Source of the DNA: the human T2T-CHM13v2.0 reference genome, Homo sapiens
Strand: one strand, 5' to 3'
Assembly (NCBI RefSeq): GCF_009914755.1
Contig: NC_060931.1
DNA length: 64,000 bases
In this document: piece after piece, positions 29,188-43,035 of the stretch
Position numbering within the stretch: position 1 is the first letter of the stretch
How the letters are laid out: every line of letters begins with the position of its first letter
Notes under the pieces: model-generated
What the model saw: only the letters and a program-made list of their open reading frames with translations
Databases searched by the model: none
Told to the model about the DNA's origin: nothing
Position numbers and translations under genes: made by a program

Positions 29188-30434
29188 GCAGGCTAAAGAG
29201 AGTTTTTTCCCAGAAGGGTCCCTTTGTATGGCAACTGCCCTTCCAGTGGGGCCTCGCTGCCAGGCACCAGGTCTGACCTTGCAGAAGTGCCATCTTGGTG
29301 AGATTCCTGGTTGCAGGATGTAGTGGCAAACCTCAGGGCAGAAAAGGAGTGGGTGTGAGGACACTCATGGGAGAGCCAGTCTCAGAGAGAAGGTGGGAAT
29401 GGAAATTGTCCTGGGGTCTGAGAGCAGGAGCAGCCATCTATCTTGTACTACAAGACAGGACGCAGAGGGAGGGGAAGGGTGTACTGCTGGGGGCTACAGG
29501 GGTGCTGGGGGTGGAGCAGCAGGCAGAACAGAGGTAGGAGGCTGCTCCCATTGCTGCGAGATGCCCCTCCTCCCGCTGTTCTGGCTTCGGAGCCCTGTGG
29601 GGTGGCAGGTCGGGAGGTGTCCATCCAGCTGACCTGGGGCAGGCGTCCGTGCCCTGGAAGTGGGTGATGGAGAAGGCGGAAACACTCCTCTGCCCTAGTT
29701 TTCAATGTATGAAATACTACTGTGTCCAATACCACAGGAGGTAGCAAACCTCCCTCTGGAGGAAGATCAGAGGAGATCAGAAGCCAGAGAGAGAAAATAC
29801 CAACAAAGGGTCACTATAGTCAAGGAGTCTGGAACCCATGAAAGAGTACACGCCCCGACTTACATGAAGACAACACAAGGGCACACACAGGTGCACCTTG
29901 TGAGACTGTCTTTCTTAGTATTTTTAAACCTTGACCATGCACATTTCAGCATGTCCTCTTGTCGCGTGAGAGGGAACAGTACGCCACACTCCTCATCCCT
30001 ATCGCACCTGCCAAAAGTGAAGTTGCACAACAGTCATTCTAGGAGTGATGGTAGGGCTTTTAGCTTTAGGTAATGTGAGACGATTTTGCCCAATGCTGTA
30101 CTTTACAAATAAGGAGACAAAGGACTTCCAATTTGTCTGAGGATTCACAGGGTCAGAGCCACCCTCCTTTCTGCTCTCCCAACCTCAAAGCATTTTTTTC
30201 ACCTCAAGCAGTGAAAAACTTGGTACATTCTATAATTGGGTATTTTCAATCATGCTTGACATGTCTGCAAAAACTTCACACTTCACTTGATGACTTCTGA
30301 CCTCTTTCTCTTACGGCTTCTGAGACACTCTATCTTTGGCCTTGTGCAGTTGCACTGTGATTTGTCTAGGTGTGGACTTCCTTAATTTTCCTTCTAGGGA
30401 TGCACTAGGCTTCTGAAATGGGTGGATTAATGTC

Positions 30435-30912
30435 TATGCTGGGTAGAATGGTGTTCCCCCACCAAAATACGAGTCCGCCTGGAACTTCAGAGTTCATGAC
30501 CTTATTTGAAAACAGGGTCTTTGCAGCTGTAATTAATTAAGATGAGATCATCTTTCGGTGAGCCCTCAACTTTTTATGGAAAGTAAAGCTTGTTGCTGAT
30601 GAACATGGACTTAGGAGATTTCCAAGCAAAGTGTTGAAGTCATGTCCTGGTTTCTCCTTGGTGCTTAAAGTAAAATGTAGGAGGAAAGACTCAGATCTGA
30701 GAAGGAACCGAAAAGAAAAGGAATTACCAGGAGCCATCAGAAGCTGGAAGAGGCCCGGAAGGGTTCTTCCCTAGAGCCTTCAGAGGAGTGCAGACCTGCT
30801 GGCCCCTCGAGTGTGGACTTCAGCCCCCAGAAATGTGAGATAAGACATTTCTGTTGTTTTAAGCCACCAAGCTTGTGATAATTTGTTATGGCAGCCCTAC
30901 CGGGCTAAGACA
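30435..30912 (+). mobile_element. MLT1C-like MaLR element with an internal-sequence core (chimera) inside an old antisense L1
   Basis: LTR 5' and 3' parts parallel the intact copy at 49006-49488; 5-bp TSD atgtc / atgcc. Confidence 0.75.
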
Positions 30913-31038
30913 ATGCCTTTCAGTGGCTCAGGAAACGTCTCAGCCATTACCTCTTTAAATATTTGTTCAGCCTCATTTCCTCTCCTTTCCTGCTGGGACT
31001 CTGAGTAGATGTATGCAATTTCTTTTTACTCATCCCAG

Positions 31039-31070
<32 letters not shown>

Positions 31071-34000
31071 CACCCCCCCCTCTTCCCCCCAACTCGTTTG
31101 TGTATGAAATATATAGAGATCGTGTCTATACAATCTCTTCCTCACCAGATCATAAATTCTGTCTTTAGCTGTGTCTAATCTTCTGTCACACCTATCCACG
31201 GAGTTTTAAATTTGGTTTTGCATTTTTTATTTTGAGAGAGACTATATTTCCTGAAGGCCTGGCCCTCTTCTTGTTCACCCCCACCCTCAGAGCCAAGCCC
31301 TGAGGTCCTGGCTCATTGCGGGAAATCTGTTGGACTTTTTACCTGGTGTGAGCCTTGGACTTTGATGTCTGTACCTGTGTTCCATGAGACCTTCCAAAAC
31401 AAATGTTCGAATCCCTATGCAGGAAATGCCTTCAGGCTGCTCTTCAGGTTTGGCAGTTCTACCTATCAACTAGCTCTTTCTTGCTTCTAAGAGGATTCAC
31501 ACATATTTCACCAGGTTCTTTTATTGCTATGAGCAGTAGGGTTAGTATAAATAACTGGGGCTGCCACAATTAAGGCAGGAAAAAGTGATACATTCTGTAG
31601 AGCTTGCTGTTAAGAGCACAAGTTTTGGAATTAGATCTACATTGGAATGTTCCTTAAATCTTCCTCTCCTCATCTGTAAAATGGGAATTACTTGTTGTAC
31701 TCACATTTCAGGGAAAGTGTTTAGCAGAATTTCTGCCATATAGTACTTACTAATCTAAGCTTTTAGACTAAAAAAAAAATCTTAAAAAGACATAATATTC
31801 AGCAAAGCTTAGGGGAAAAATTTTTTTTTCTCTGAAACTCAGAAAAAGAGTCCTAGGTCATAGGACACCCCTTTCTGCAAGGACGTCTTCCAGACAGTGC
31901 TTCCTCTGTCAGCCGATACTAGCTTCTTACAGACATAAACCTAACATATCAGAAACCATCCAGGTATATGCAATGTGGATTCACCCATTTGGAGCCTTAA
32001 AACATGTCTTTGAATAGAAAGTAGAATGTCTTTTCACTGGAACTCTATCCTGTTGGGAACAGACATTGTTTCCTTTCGTCTCATTATACATAGGGCATCC
32101 AGAGTATAAATTGTTGCTCTGCAAATTCTGCTCATTCTTCAAATGCACTTTTAGTGGGAAAAGTCTCACTTCACAAGAACTCAGAACACTTTGAATCTTA
32201 TCTGACTTTTGCAGCTCATGTGTGAATTTATCCCCTAATAGAATTATCCTCTAAAATCTCCATCCACCCATCCATCCATCCATGCATCCATCAGTGAGCC
32301 TGTCCATAAACAGTTCATCCAGGAGGCCATATTTAGCTAAGAAGATGTATTTTCAGGGGGTGGTCAGGTGTGGGATGAACAAGAGTATGTAGGCGATGCT
32401 TTAGCCATAGAAGTCTCTTACTAAGGGGAGAAATACTTTTTGTTACTCTCCCACAAATAGCAGTTGGCTGAGTTTTATGCCAGCCTACAGTCTAAATTTA
32501 ATCCTCACTGATAGGACCATATTACTCCAAATTTAATCAAAACCAAAATCAATTGTAGTGGTTTATCATCTCATATTTTAAAATGACAAAATCCAGCCAG
32601 AAATACTAAAGATTACAGCAATATAAAGCAGTCAGTAAGCAGCCTGGAGCCAAAAAGTTCATAGAAGTTAAAAAATCAGTAATTCACATATTCTCACTAC
32701 ATGTGTATTCTCACCTTGAATTCTCCAGAATGTAGAAGTGGGTGCCACAACAAGACATGAGCTAGTCTTGGGATACCCACCTCTGCTGCCAGGCCAAAAA
32801 GAAACCTCTGATCCCGGAGGGACCCTGTGCCATCCATCATCCAGTCTGCTCCTGCCCCTGCTCTGTGCTTCTGGGGCCCACCTGTGGGAGTGAGACCCCA
32901 GCTCCTCACTGTGCTCCTCATCCTGCAGCCTGCTGGGTCAGGCAAGGTATCCAATGCATGAACCGCGAGAGATTTGGAGAGACATCAACATCTAGAAAGG
33001 AAAGGAATTTGCATATGTAATTTGGAAGTCATGATTTTCCTGTCAAGTTTTCATGGCTGAATCCCTTCTGCAGAAATGGAAGACTTGACAGCAAAGATGT
33101 TTCCCCAGGCTCATCAACACTAAGCCCGTCCTTGCATGCAGAAGAGGCTCCCAGTCTCCATGGTCCTGGGACTCAGTGCTGCAAGTTGGGGGTCTGGCAG
33201 GTGGTCTGTACGCCCAAGGAGGGCCACACAGGTGCAGTGTGGATGCTGGCCCCTGTGCTGTGCAGCATGACAGCCAGGACTCGGTGGGGTCTGGAGTGGC
33301 TTTCAGAGGAAGGGCCACAGAATTTTTATTAAAGGAGTGGTTCCCTCCACAGTCCTCCTCTGATCCTCACTTGCTCAGACATTCAGAGGAACAAGAATTC
33401 ATGGCATTTGGCTTTTCTTTCTGTGCTTCAATCATCATCATCATGGTAACAGCAATAGAACCATTTCCTATTATTAGAGAGTTGAGGTCACATAACTGAG
33501 GTCACATAACATGAGACTGGTCAGTGGCTGAGCCCAGATCTGGATTCCAGGAGTCCAGCTTCAGAGTTCATGTACCTGCCCTTGTAGGTTGGGTCCTTGA
33601 ATGTATGTGTGGTATCTGGGCATCCAAGGCTAGAAGCCATTCAAAATGTACTCCCAGGCCTCCCTGACCTTTCCCATCTCTGTTATATCAAGAGGGAGGT
33701 TTCCTTTCCATTCACCAACTATCGAGCACTTACTGTCTATTGAAGGAACTATCTTTGGTGCTGGAAATTAAATGTTGAACAAGAAATGAGAATCCTGCTT
33801 TTAAGTATTTCATGTCATAGTGTGCAGGATACACAGGGCAAACAGCCACAAAGAAGCAAGAGGATTCATAGTGATAGACTGTCTGCTGGAGGGGACACAG
33901 GGCCATCGCTGGAAAGCAGGGGAAGGTGGGGGACTGAGCAGGGCTGTGGCAGGGCCACTGTCCTTAGACATCAGGGAGGGGCCCTTCAAGAGAACAACAT

Positions 34001-34142
34001 CCCATTGCAGGCCTCTCTGCAGTGAAGAAGCCAGCTGTAGGAGAGTGGAAGCAGCTGCGTCCAGCAGAGGCAAAGCTCCGGTGAAGATGCCCAGGCAGGA
34101 CCCAGCTTGGCATGCTAGGGCGGAGCTTCCCAGACCCACCCC

Positions 34143-34511
34143 ATCTTAGCCTGTTCAGGCCACTGTGACAAAGACACAGACTGGTGGGCTGAAACAACAG
34201 GAATGCATTCTCTCATGGTCCTGGAGGCTGGAAGTCCAAGATCAAGGTGTGGGCAAGGGGGTTTCTCCTGAGGCCTCTCTCCTTGGCTTGCAGACAGCCG
34301 TCTTCTCCCTGCGTCCTTACATGGACTTTCCGCCGTGTGTGTCTGTGTCCTCCTCTCTTTAAAAGGACACCGGTGCTACCAGATTAGGACCCGCCCTAAT
34401 GACATCATTTAACCTTAATTACCTCTTTAAAGGCCTATCTCCAACACAGTCACACTGGGCTTAGGGCTTCAACGTATGAATTTTGGAGGACACAATTGAG
34501 TCTACTTAACA
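34143..34511 (-). mobile_element. MLT1A0-like MaLR LTR
   Basis: ctggaggctggaagtccaagatcaaggtg...agggcttcaacgtatgaattttggaggacacaatt. Confidence 0.85.
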
Positions 34512-34650
34512 TTGTTAAATGCGCGTTGCCAGGCACATCCCCAGAACTTCTGAGGCAGTAGGTCTGGGATAAGATCCGAGAATTTGCATTTCTAGCAAGG
34601 TCCCAGGGGATGCTGATGCTGCTCATCCAGGGATCCCAGCTTGAGAAATA
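34512..34650. mobile_element. MER5A fragment
   Basis: gagaatttgcatttctagcaaggtcccaggggatgctgatgctgct. Confidence 0.7.
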
Positions 34651-35205
34651 TTTCAAAGTTTCCAGGAAGGCAACAAAGGCAGCAGCAGAAGGCGCCCTGG
34701 GAGATTGGGAAGGATATGGCTCAGGGCAGGAGGAGGAGGCAGACTCGTCAGGGTCCTGGGGTAAACGTAAGCGTCTGGATGTTCCTCAGAGGGTGGAAAC
34801 CATGGGAGGGGAGGACCGGGGAGCGCATTTCACAGAGCCACATGCCAGTGCCCTATAGAGAAAGGCTCATAGGCGACAAGGGGGTCCAGGTGGGAAACTG
34901 AGGCAAGGGGTCCTGGCTGCACGGCTGGAGCCTGACCAGGTGGTGGAAAAGCCGTGGGATAAGTGGATAGAGTTGGGGTATGTTTGGAAGACAGAGGCCC
35001 AACGGCTTTCTGGTTCCCTGGCTGGAGGAGGCAGGTGAAGAAAAAGTAGAAATTAAGGGTGTGTCCTAGGTTGGGGCTTGGGCATCTGAGTAAAGTTGAC
35101 GCTGTTAACTGCAATGGGAAATACTGGCATAAAAACAGGTGTGGGGGAGAAAGTGGAGACTTCTGGCCTGGGCACATGAGGTCTGAGATAGTATAAGAGG
35201 TCAGA

Positions 35206-35517
<312 letters not shown>

Positions 35518-36595
35518 GAGGTCTGAGATGTTACAAGATGTCCTGGCAGAGATTCCAATCTTGAGTCCAGACTGGAGAGGGAGGCTGAGAGGCTGGGGGA
35601 GAGGGTCCATAGAGCTATGGGTACAAGTGAGCCAGAACACCAAGGCAGGGAGTGAGGGCCGGGATGGAAGGAAGGCTGGGAGGGAGCCCTGGGCATCCAG
35701 CACCCAGAGGGTGAGGAGGGGAGGGGAGCCGCCAAAATGTGTGCCGTTCAGGAGGAAACCCGCGGAGTGTGAGTCAACCAGCAAAGCCTTTCAAGAGGAC
35801 CAGAGTGGCCAGATGAGTGCACAGCCCCTAAGGGATAGATTAGAATGAGGACTCGACCCATGGGAGGGCTGGACGCCCGACCATGTAGGCTGCAGCACAT
35901 GTGAAGACCAACACCAGCAGTCTGACCACTGGTCAAAAGCATGAGATTTGGTATAAAGGAGATTTTTGTGTAAGCAATAGTTTCTGTTCCTCTTAGCCAC
36001 ATGATTTGAGAAAATTATTTAAATGACCCGAGCCTCACCTTCAACATGAGGAACATCATATTCCCTTTGATAAAATGTTGCTGGTGTAAGTGCTCCATAA
36101 ATGACAGCTTTTATTAGCAGAAGCAGAGATAATCCAACTTCAATGGGAGATTAAACAACGACTTCTGTTTAGAGCTTTAAAATGAGTGAGATGTGTCCAC
36201 CGCTGGGGTTCTTCTCTTGGTGCCTGCATTGCCCTGCAGGAAGCCTGGTGGTGGTGCCTGGTGTGGTCTGCCAGCTCTCAGCTGGGTGGGAAAGTGGTGC
36301 TGAATGGCCCCACCTCTGCTCTGGGTTTTGCCCCACAGGTCGCTGCAGGCCTGCCCCTGGGCTGTGCTGAGTCATCTCCGCAGGCAGGACCTCCCCAGGC
36401 AGGCACAAGGCACTGGGAGGTGCCGCCCCTTGGGCCCAGGCCAGTGGAGTTTTAATTGCTGCTCCTCTATTGTTGGCTCTGGTTCCGCTTCTGGAAGGTT
36501 TCCAGCCTTTGCTCCTGGGCTTTGGTCTCTTCAGGGAGCCTCCAGCTGCCTCTTTGTCATCAGTGAAGCCACTGAGACCTCCTCTTGGCCCTCCC

Positions 36596-36597
36596 CC

Positions 36598-36622
<25 letters not shown>
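36596..36622. repeat. (CCT)9 trinucleotide repeat
   Basis: Seen directly. Confidence 0.95.
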
Positions 36623-36628
<6 letters not shown>

Positions 36629-37362
36629 TGCTGGATAATGAGGACTTCAGATCTTGTTTCTGAAGAGAGAGGCTGAGCTGACTTCTGAAGGGTGGAAGGC
36701 ACCAAACAGGGAGAGGTTTCCAAATCTGGGGACACAGGACAACTGAGTCCCAAATTGTGAACACTTTATTTAAACCCTAAAGGACAGGTCTTTGAAGACT
36801 GACTACAGAGGCCACTCAAGGGGATGGAAAGAATATGGGCTTGGGAGGCACAGGCACCTGGGTGCAGACGCCTAACCAGTTCCATCAGGACCTGTGGCAG
36901 GTTGCCCACCTACACCAAGCCTCAGTTTCCCCATCTGTGGAGTGGACTGATGTCCACGTGCAAGCCATAGGAGAATTGCAGACAATGCATGAAAAGCATG
37001 GAGCCCGAGGGCTGGCTTTAGTGGGAGTCAAAACATGATCACTTTTTCTGTAAACTTTAATTTGGAGATAATGTCAAAGCTACAAAAATTACAAACAGAA
37101 AACTAGTACAAGGAACATCTGACTCCTTTATGCAAATCTCCCTTATTGCTGACATAAAAAATGGTAACGTGTTAAATCAATATTTTTAATGTTTAAGCTA
37201 TTGCGTTGCAAAAACTTTACAGTGTGAACCCAGGCATGTCTCTCAATGTCTCTGAGACTGCCTTTGCTCATCTGTGAAGTGGGAAGGATGTTGTAGCATT
37301 TACACCACAGTGAGGGATGAGCAGGAACTTCTGGCCTAGCCACAATAACATAGCTGTCCTAA

Positions 37363-37711
37363 CGAGGCAGGAAAATAGGGTCTGGAGGCAGAGAATATGA
37401 GGCTAATTCACACTTGAGCTATAACAGGAAATATCCTCTCCATAGGGCATACACTATAAATGACTTTGTAACTTTATTTCATCCTCTCCCTTTACATGGG
37501 GTGTACACCAAGTCACCAATGTAATCCTCTAGTGGATATTTAAACTCAAAAAACCTCTGTAACAGGGCCTTTGATCCCCTATGCTCAGGCCCGCTCCCAC
37601 ATTGTGGAGTGTGCTTTCATTTTCAATAAAACCCTTCCCTCCTTGCTTTGTGCATTTTGTCCAACTCTTTGTTGAGGACGTCAAGAGCCTAGACACCTTC
37701 CACCATTAACA
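37363..37711 (+). mobile_element. ERV1 5' LTR, MER83-like
   Basis: (t>c)gaggcaggaaaatagggtctggaggcag...CCAAT, tatttaaa, aataaa...ccaccattaaca, followed by a PBS. Confidence 0.82.
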
Positions 37712-37716
37712 TATTT

Positions 37717-37734
37717 TGGCGAGCCAGCCAGAAG
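37717..37734 (+). promoter_or_regulatory. Retroviral primer-binding site complementary to tRNA-Arg(ACG)
   Basis: tggcgagccagccagaag is a 17/18 match to TGGCGAGCCAGCCAGGAG (recalled complement of the tRNA-Arg-ACG 3' end), 5 nt after the LTR end. Confidence 0.85.
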
Positions 37735-38166
37735 GAAGAGATAAGCCCAAAGTTTGGGATTCATTTTTCTCCCTTTCCTTTCTGCTCCATTCAGGGGCTC
37801 TCTCTCTCTCTCTCCCTCTCTCTCTTTTCCTTTCCAACTTGGGACCCTTGGTGGGAAGCAGGTAAACATGGAAGCAACTGCAGGTTTCTGGCCATGGCCA
37901 GTGAAACTAAGGGGTTTCCATGTGGAGAAGGCTGACCGCCACCTCTTCATTAGCTTAAGGAACCTTGGTCTTTTTCATTTCCACCTTCCCGCCCCCCACT
38001 CCCATCCCACTTTCTTTTTCAGTCTTTCAGAGGCTGTTGCCTACTGGCTCCTTGGAAATTGAGGGCAATCGGCTGGGGTCACTCCCTAGTACTGCCTGAA
38101 GGCCTAAGAATGAATGGGTATAATTGCCCTGCCCCAAGTGGGAAGGAGTTGTTTTTTTATCTTTTC

Positions 38167-39213
<1,047 letters not shown>

Positions 39214-42200
39214 TGAGGCCAGAGACATCTGGAACTCTAAGATTGGACCCCACAGGAGGATGCTGTGTGGGTTCTGTGGATCCCAGCCACTCCAAAGAGG
39301 ACACTCTCGGCAGAGGTTCTGAGGTCTAGTTTTAACCCTCCTCAGAATTTTCTCTCATAGTTGCAATGCTGTTTGGCCCTAACATTGTTTGGAATCTGGA
39401 GTTTACCGTTGAATGGAAAGTGGAATGGCATTGCATGTACCCAGGCTTCTGTGCTGCAGTTCTAAGCAGGGGGCCTGGTTAACGTGTGATGCCCTCCTTT
39501 GGTACAGTTTGGCCCAGTGCCCACTGGAGTCTGGGGAGGTTTGGCCTTTAAAAATCAAACTGCCTTGGAGACTGCTTTACCCGAAATTTTGGTTAAGTCT
39601 AAGCCATTTTCAAGTTCACGTGACTTAAAGTATTACTTTACTAAACAAACTAGCTTTAAGATTATTGGTGGAATAAAAATAGAAATGCCTTCAGAATTGT
39701 CAGCATACGTTTTGTCTGAATTTTATGTTTGTCTTTGCTAGATATTTTAAAATGTCAATGTTAATTCAAGCTGGGAGCTGCTTGGGGTGAGCCTGCCTCC
39801 CATTCTATTCAAAGTCTCACTGAGATAAATGCATATCTGGTCACTTCCTTTGGAAAGGCTCATCAGAAACTCCAAAGAATGCAACTGTTTATGATCTGAA
39901 AGCCCCCAAGTCCCCTCCTCACTTTGAGTTGTCCCGGACAAAACCAATGCTCATTTTACATATGTTAATTGATGTCTCATGTATCTCCTTAAAAGTAAAA
40001 ATTTAAGTACAGTGAATGGGATAAATGTTTTAGGTAAACTTTTTGTGTAAATTAAAATCTTAAAGTTATTTTTAACACTCATTTAATATCTAGGTCATTT
40101 CCAATTAAGAAAGGGTTGTAATATGTAGAAATATGTTTCTGAAATTATGGAATTGTTCTTATATATAAATGCTCATATCTAATAGTTCAGGATTTCTTGC
40201 CTTTTAGGGTTTCACTAAAGTTTTAGGTTACTAAGGATAAAATTCTAGTTAAGATGTAATTCTGTGGTTATTATTAAGACGTAATTTCTGTTATGTTGAT
40301 AACATAACAGAAAGGGTTATGTTATTAGTGGGGAAAAAAAGTAATTTTGTTGAATTCAGAAGTTATCTAAAAGTTAGTTCAAATTGCAGATTTGGAAAGG
40401 TTATTTATGAAACAGTGTAGTAAGGAATCATTAAGTAGGGGAGAAAGATGTGGAAAAAGTTTAAATAATAAAATATACTTTAAAACCTGATAAAGAATTG
40501 GAAACATTTGGCTAATTAACATTTTCATAGTTAAAGCTCTTAGTCTTGATTAAAATAAGAAGTATTGTAAAAATGCATCAGTAGTTTGGCAATTGTTTTT
40601 TAATACAGTTAAGCATGAAGCTGGATTTAGTGTAAAGCCAAATTTTACATATATGCTTGCATTGCTTCACACTATGTTGACTGTTTTGCATGGATAGTGC
40701 TGGAGTACTTATTGCTCATGTGCCTAAAGTGGATTTCTTGATTGCACAGGATGTATGATGAACTTGGGGATGTTGAATTGTGTATCAGGAATAAAATATT
40801 CATTATGTTGGTTTTCTGGGGCCCTAGGTAATGCTGTATACTCCAGGGTAAATTGAGTAGGAAAACTCAGGGTTGGTTTGGTGCTTATTTGTTTTTGCTT
40901 CTAGTTTTCATTCGTTTGTTGTTTATTTCTCCTCTGGCTTTGCTTGTGTATGCGTATGTATAAAACTATGATTTTTTTTTTTTTTAGTTCCTGGTGGAAT
41001 GCTTTCATTTAGTTCTGTGTTCCTATGCATTTCTAGCAAGTCATGATTCATTCCATTTTTCTAGAATTCCTAAGCTACTTTTGTTGGGCCTGCAGGAATT
41101 AATGGGGCACACCAGCTTTTTTTTCCTTAAACTAATTTTTTGGATTTTAGCCTTCCTGATACTTTGTGTTTAGTATACTCTCACAACTAGAATTTGAGTC
41201 ATATTTCTCTCTCTGCCTAATTTCTCCAAAATTTGTAAACTATTTGTGAATACTCTTAATTCATGGCAATGCGTTTGTTTGCATACAGTCAAGCATGGCT
41301 GCCAGGGCCACTCAGGGAGAGAGAACCCAGAAATCTGGCATGCTGGCAAAAGGGTAAGAATTTCTTACCAGTCAGTCCCTGGCCTCTTTCTCTCTGTGCA
41401 AACTGGTTAAATATAAAGAAAAAGTCACTGTTTATCCCCTCTGTAAAGTTTTAAATTAATTGGTTTAATAATAATAAGAGCTTAAGTCAAATATTTTGTC
41501 AGAAATGTAGAAAGTATAATGCCTTTTAGTTCACATGACTTCAGCAATCTTTGACAAATAAAGACAGTTTTAAAGATTATTGGCAAAATACAATTGTCTT
41601 AAAAATGTAAACATGTGGTTTAAATTATGTTCAAATATTAGGTTCGCTATATGCTTTAAGGTCATAAGCTGCTTCTTTGGCTTTTGAAAATTGTTTAACT
41701 TGCCTGCTTTCCAGCTAGGTAAGGCCTGGGGACAAGTGGAGTTGGCCACACCCCTAGCTATGCTGGAAACAGTCAAACCTTATCAGAACATAACTTACCA
41801 GGTTTTATATTAAAATTGAAATTGCTAAGAGTCGCCATTGTAACATGCAATCAAGACTATTAGAAACAATTTTACATGCAAGGTGTGTAAAAGCAGTAGA
41901 GTGTGTTTTTTTTTTCATTAAAGGTTATAAAAGGTTTTTGCTTCTTTAAAATTTGAGTCATCATTTTGGCAAAATAAATAATTTATGGTAATCTGAAATT
42001 CCAAGATCAAACTTCAGTTTCAAAATTGTCTTTCCTAATGCCTGGGTTTCTGGATGGATCAGAGAGCCCCTGAAAACATCCAGAAAAGAGGTCAACAGGA
42101 TTATTTAATGTGTTTAGGTATATGGGATTGCCAAAATGATGTTCAATCTTCTTTAGGTTATATTTTTGTGAATAATACTAATATATATTCCAAAACTGTA

Positions 42201-42821
42201 TGAGATTTCTAAAAATCTACTGTCTAAATATATGCTACCAATCACAATTATAGTTATTATGCTAAGTTATTATAAACCACAGAAATAACCAAATTTCCTT
42301 GCATAAAGCTACTAACCCAAGTAAGACCAAAAAGTTAATTAAGTATCAAGAAAATACTTTCATGTTAAACCAGCTAATGCTGAAATTGTTTAAAATAGTT
42401 TATGGCCAATGCTCGATCCCATATTCCTGGGAAAACAAAGCTTCAGGTACATTTAATCACCTGGTTGGCCATTTAAACATTTTATGAAGGGATTTAATTC
42501 AATTGTTATTTTCATTGCATGTTTTCTGGTTGTATAAAAGCTTTCCCATGCAAGAGGGCTGATGTTATAACAGTAGATTATTAAGCTACATTGTATTTTC
42601 AGCACGTAAAAAAGAAGGTTTTTATGGTTTGGATCTTCTGAGAACATTGAAGAAAGACTGTCCTTGCCATCCACACTACAACAAAACTTCGGGATTTTGC
42701 GCTTTGGGTTCATGGTCTCGCAACTAAGAAGGGTCTCTCCACACTTTTAGAACTGTGATCCCATTGGAACCTGAGGTAAAACTAACCAGGGAATTTTCTC
42801 CCAACAAGAGGATGGTATCCT

Positions 42822-43035
42822 GGAGATGAGAAATGTTCATCGGGTGGTCAGGGAAGAAAGTCCTTTGAGGAGGTGACATTAAGGTGTTGGTCAGTTCTAG
42901 AACACACAGAGCTCTCCCCACCTCCAAACCTTCTTCTGCTTCCCCAGTCTTCTCATGGTTGTCTTGTTCTCCGCTTAATGTCACCTCCTCAAAGGACTTT
43001 CTTCCCTGACCACCCGATGAACATTTTTCATCTCC
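42822..43035. repeat. 62-bp inverted repeat (61/62 match) with a 90-bp spacer
   Basis: 42822-42883 is the reverse complement of 42974-43035; the peptide LMSPPQRTFFPDHPMNI appears on both strands in the ORF track. Confidence 0.97.

Noticed and set aside
32700-32800. Minus-strand donor AAG|GTGAGA near 32736 and other isolated splice-like motifs
   Set aside because: No consistent reading frame or exon chain could be assembled from sequence alone.
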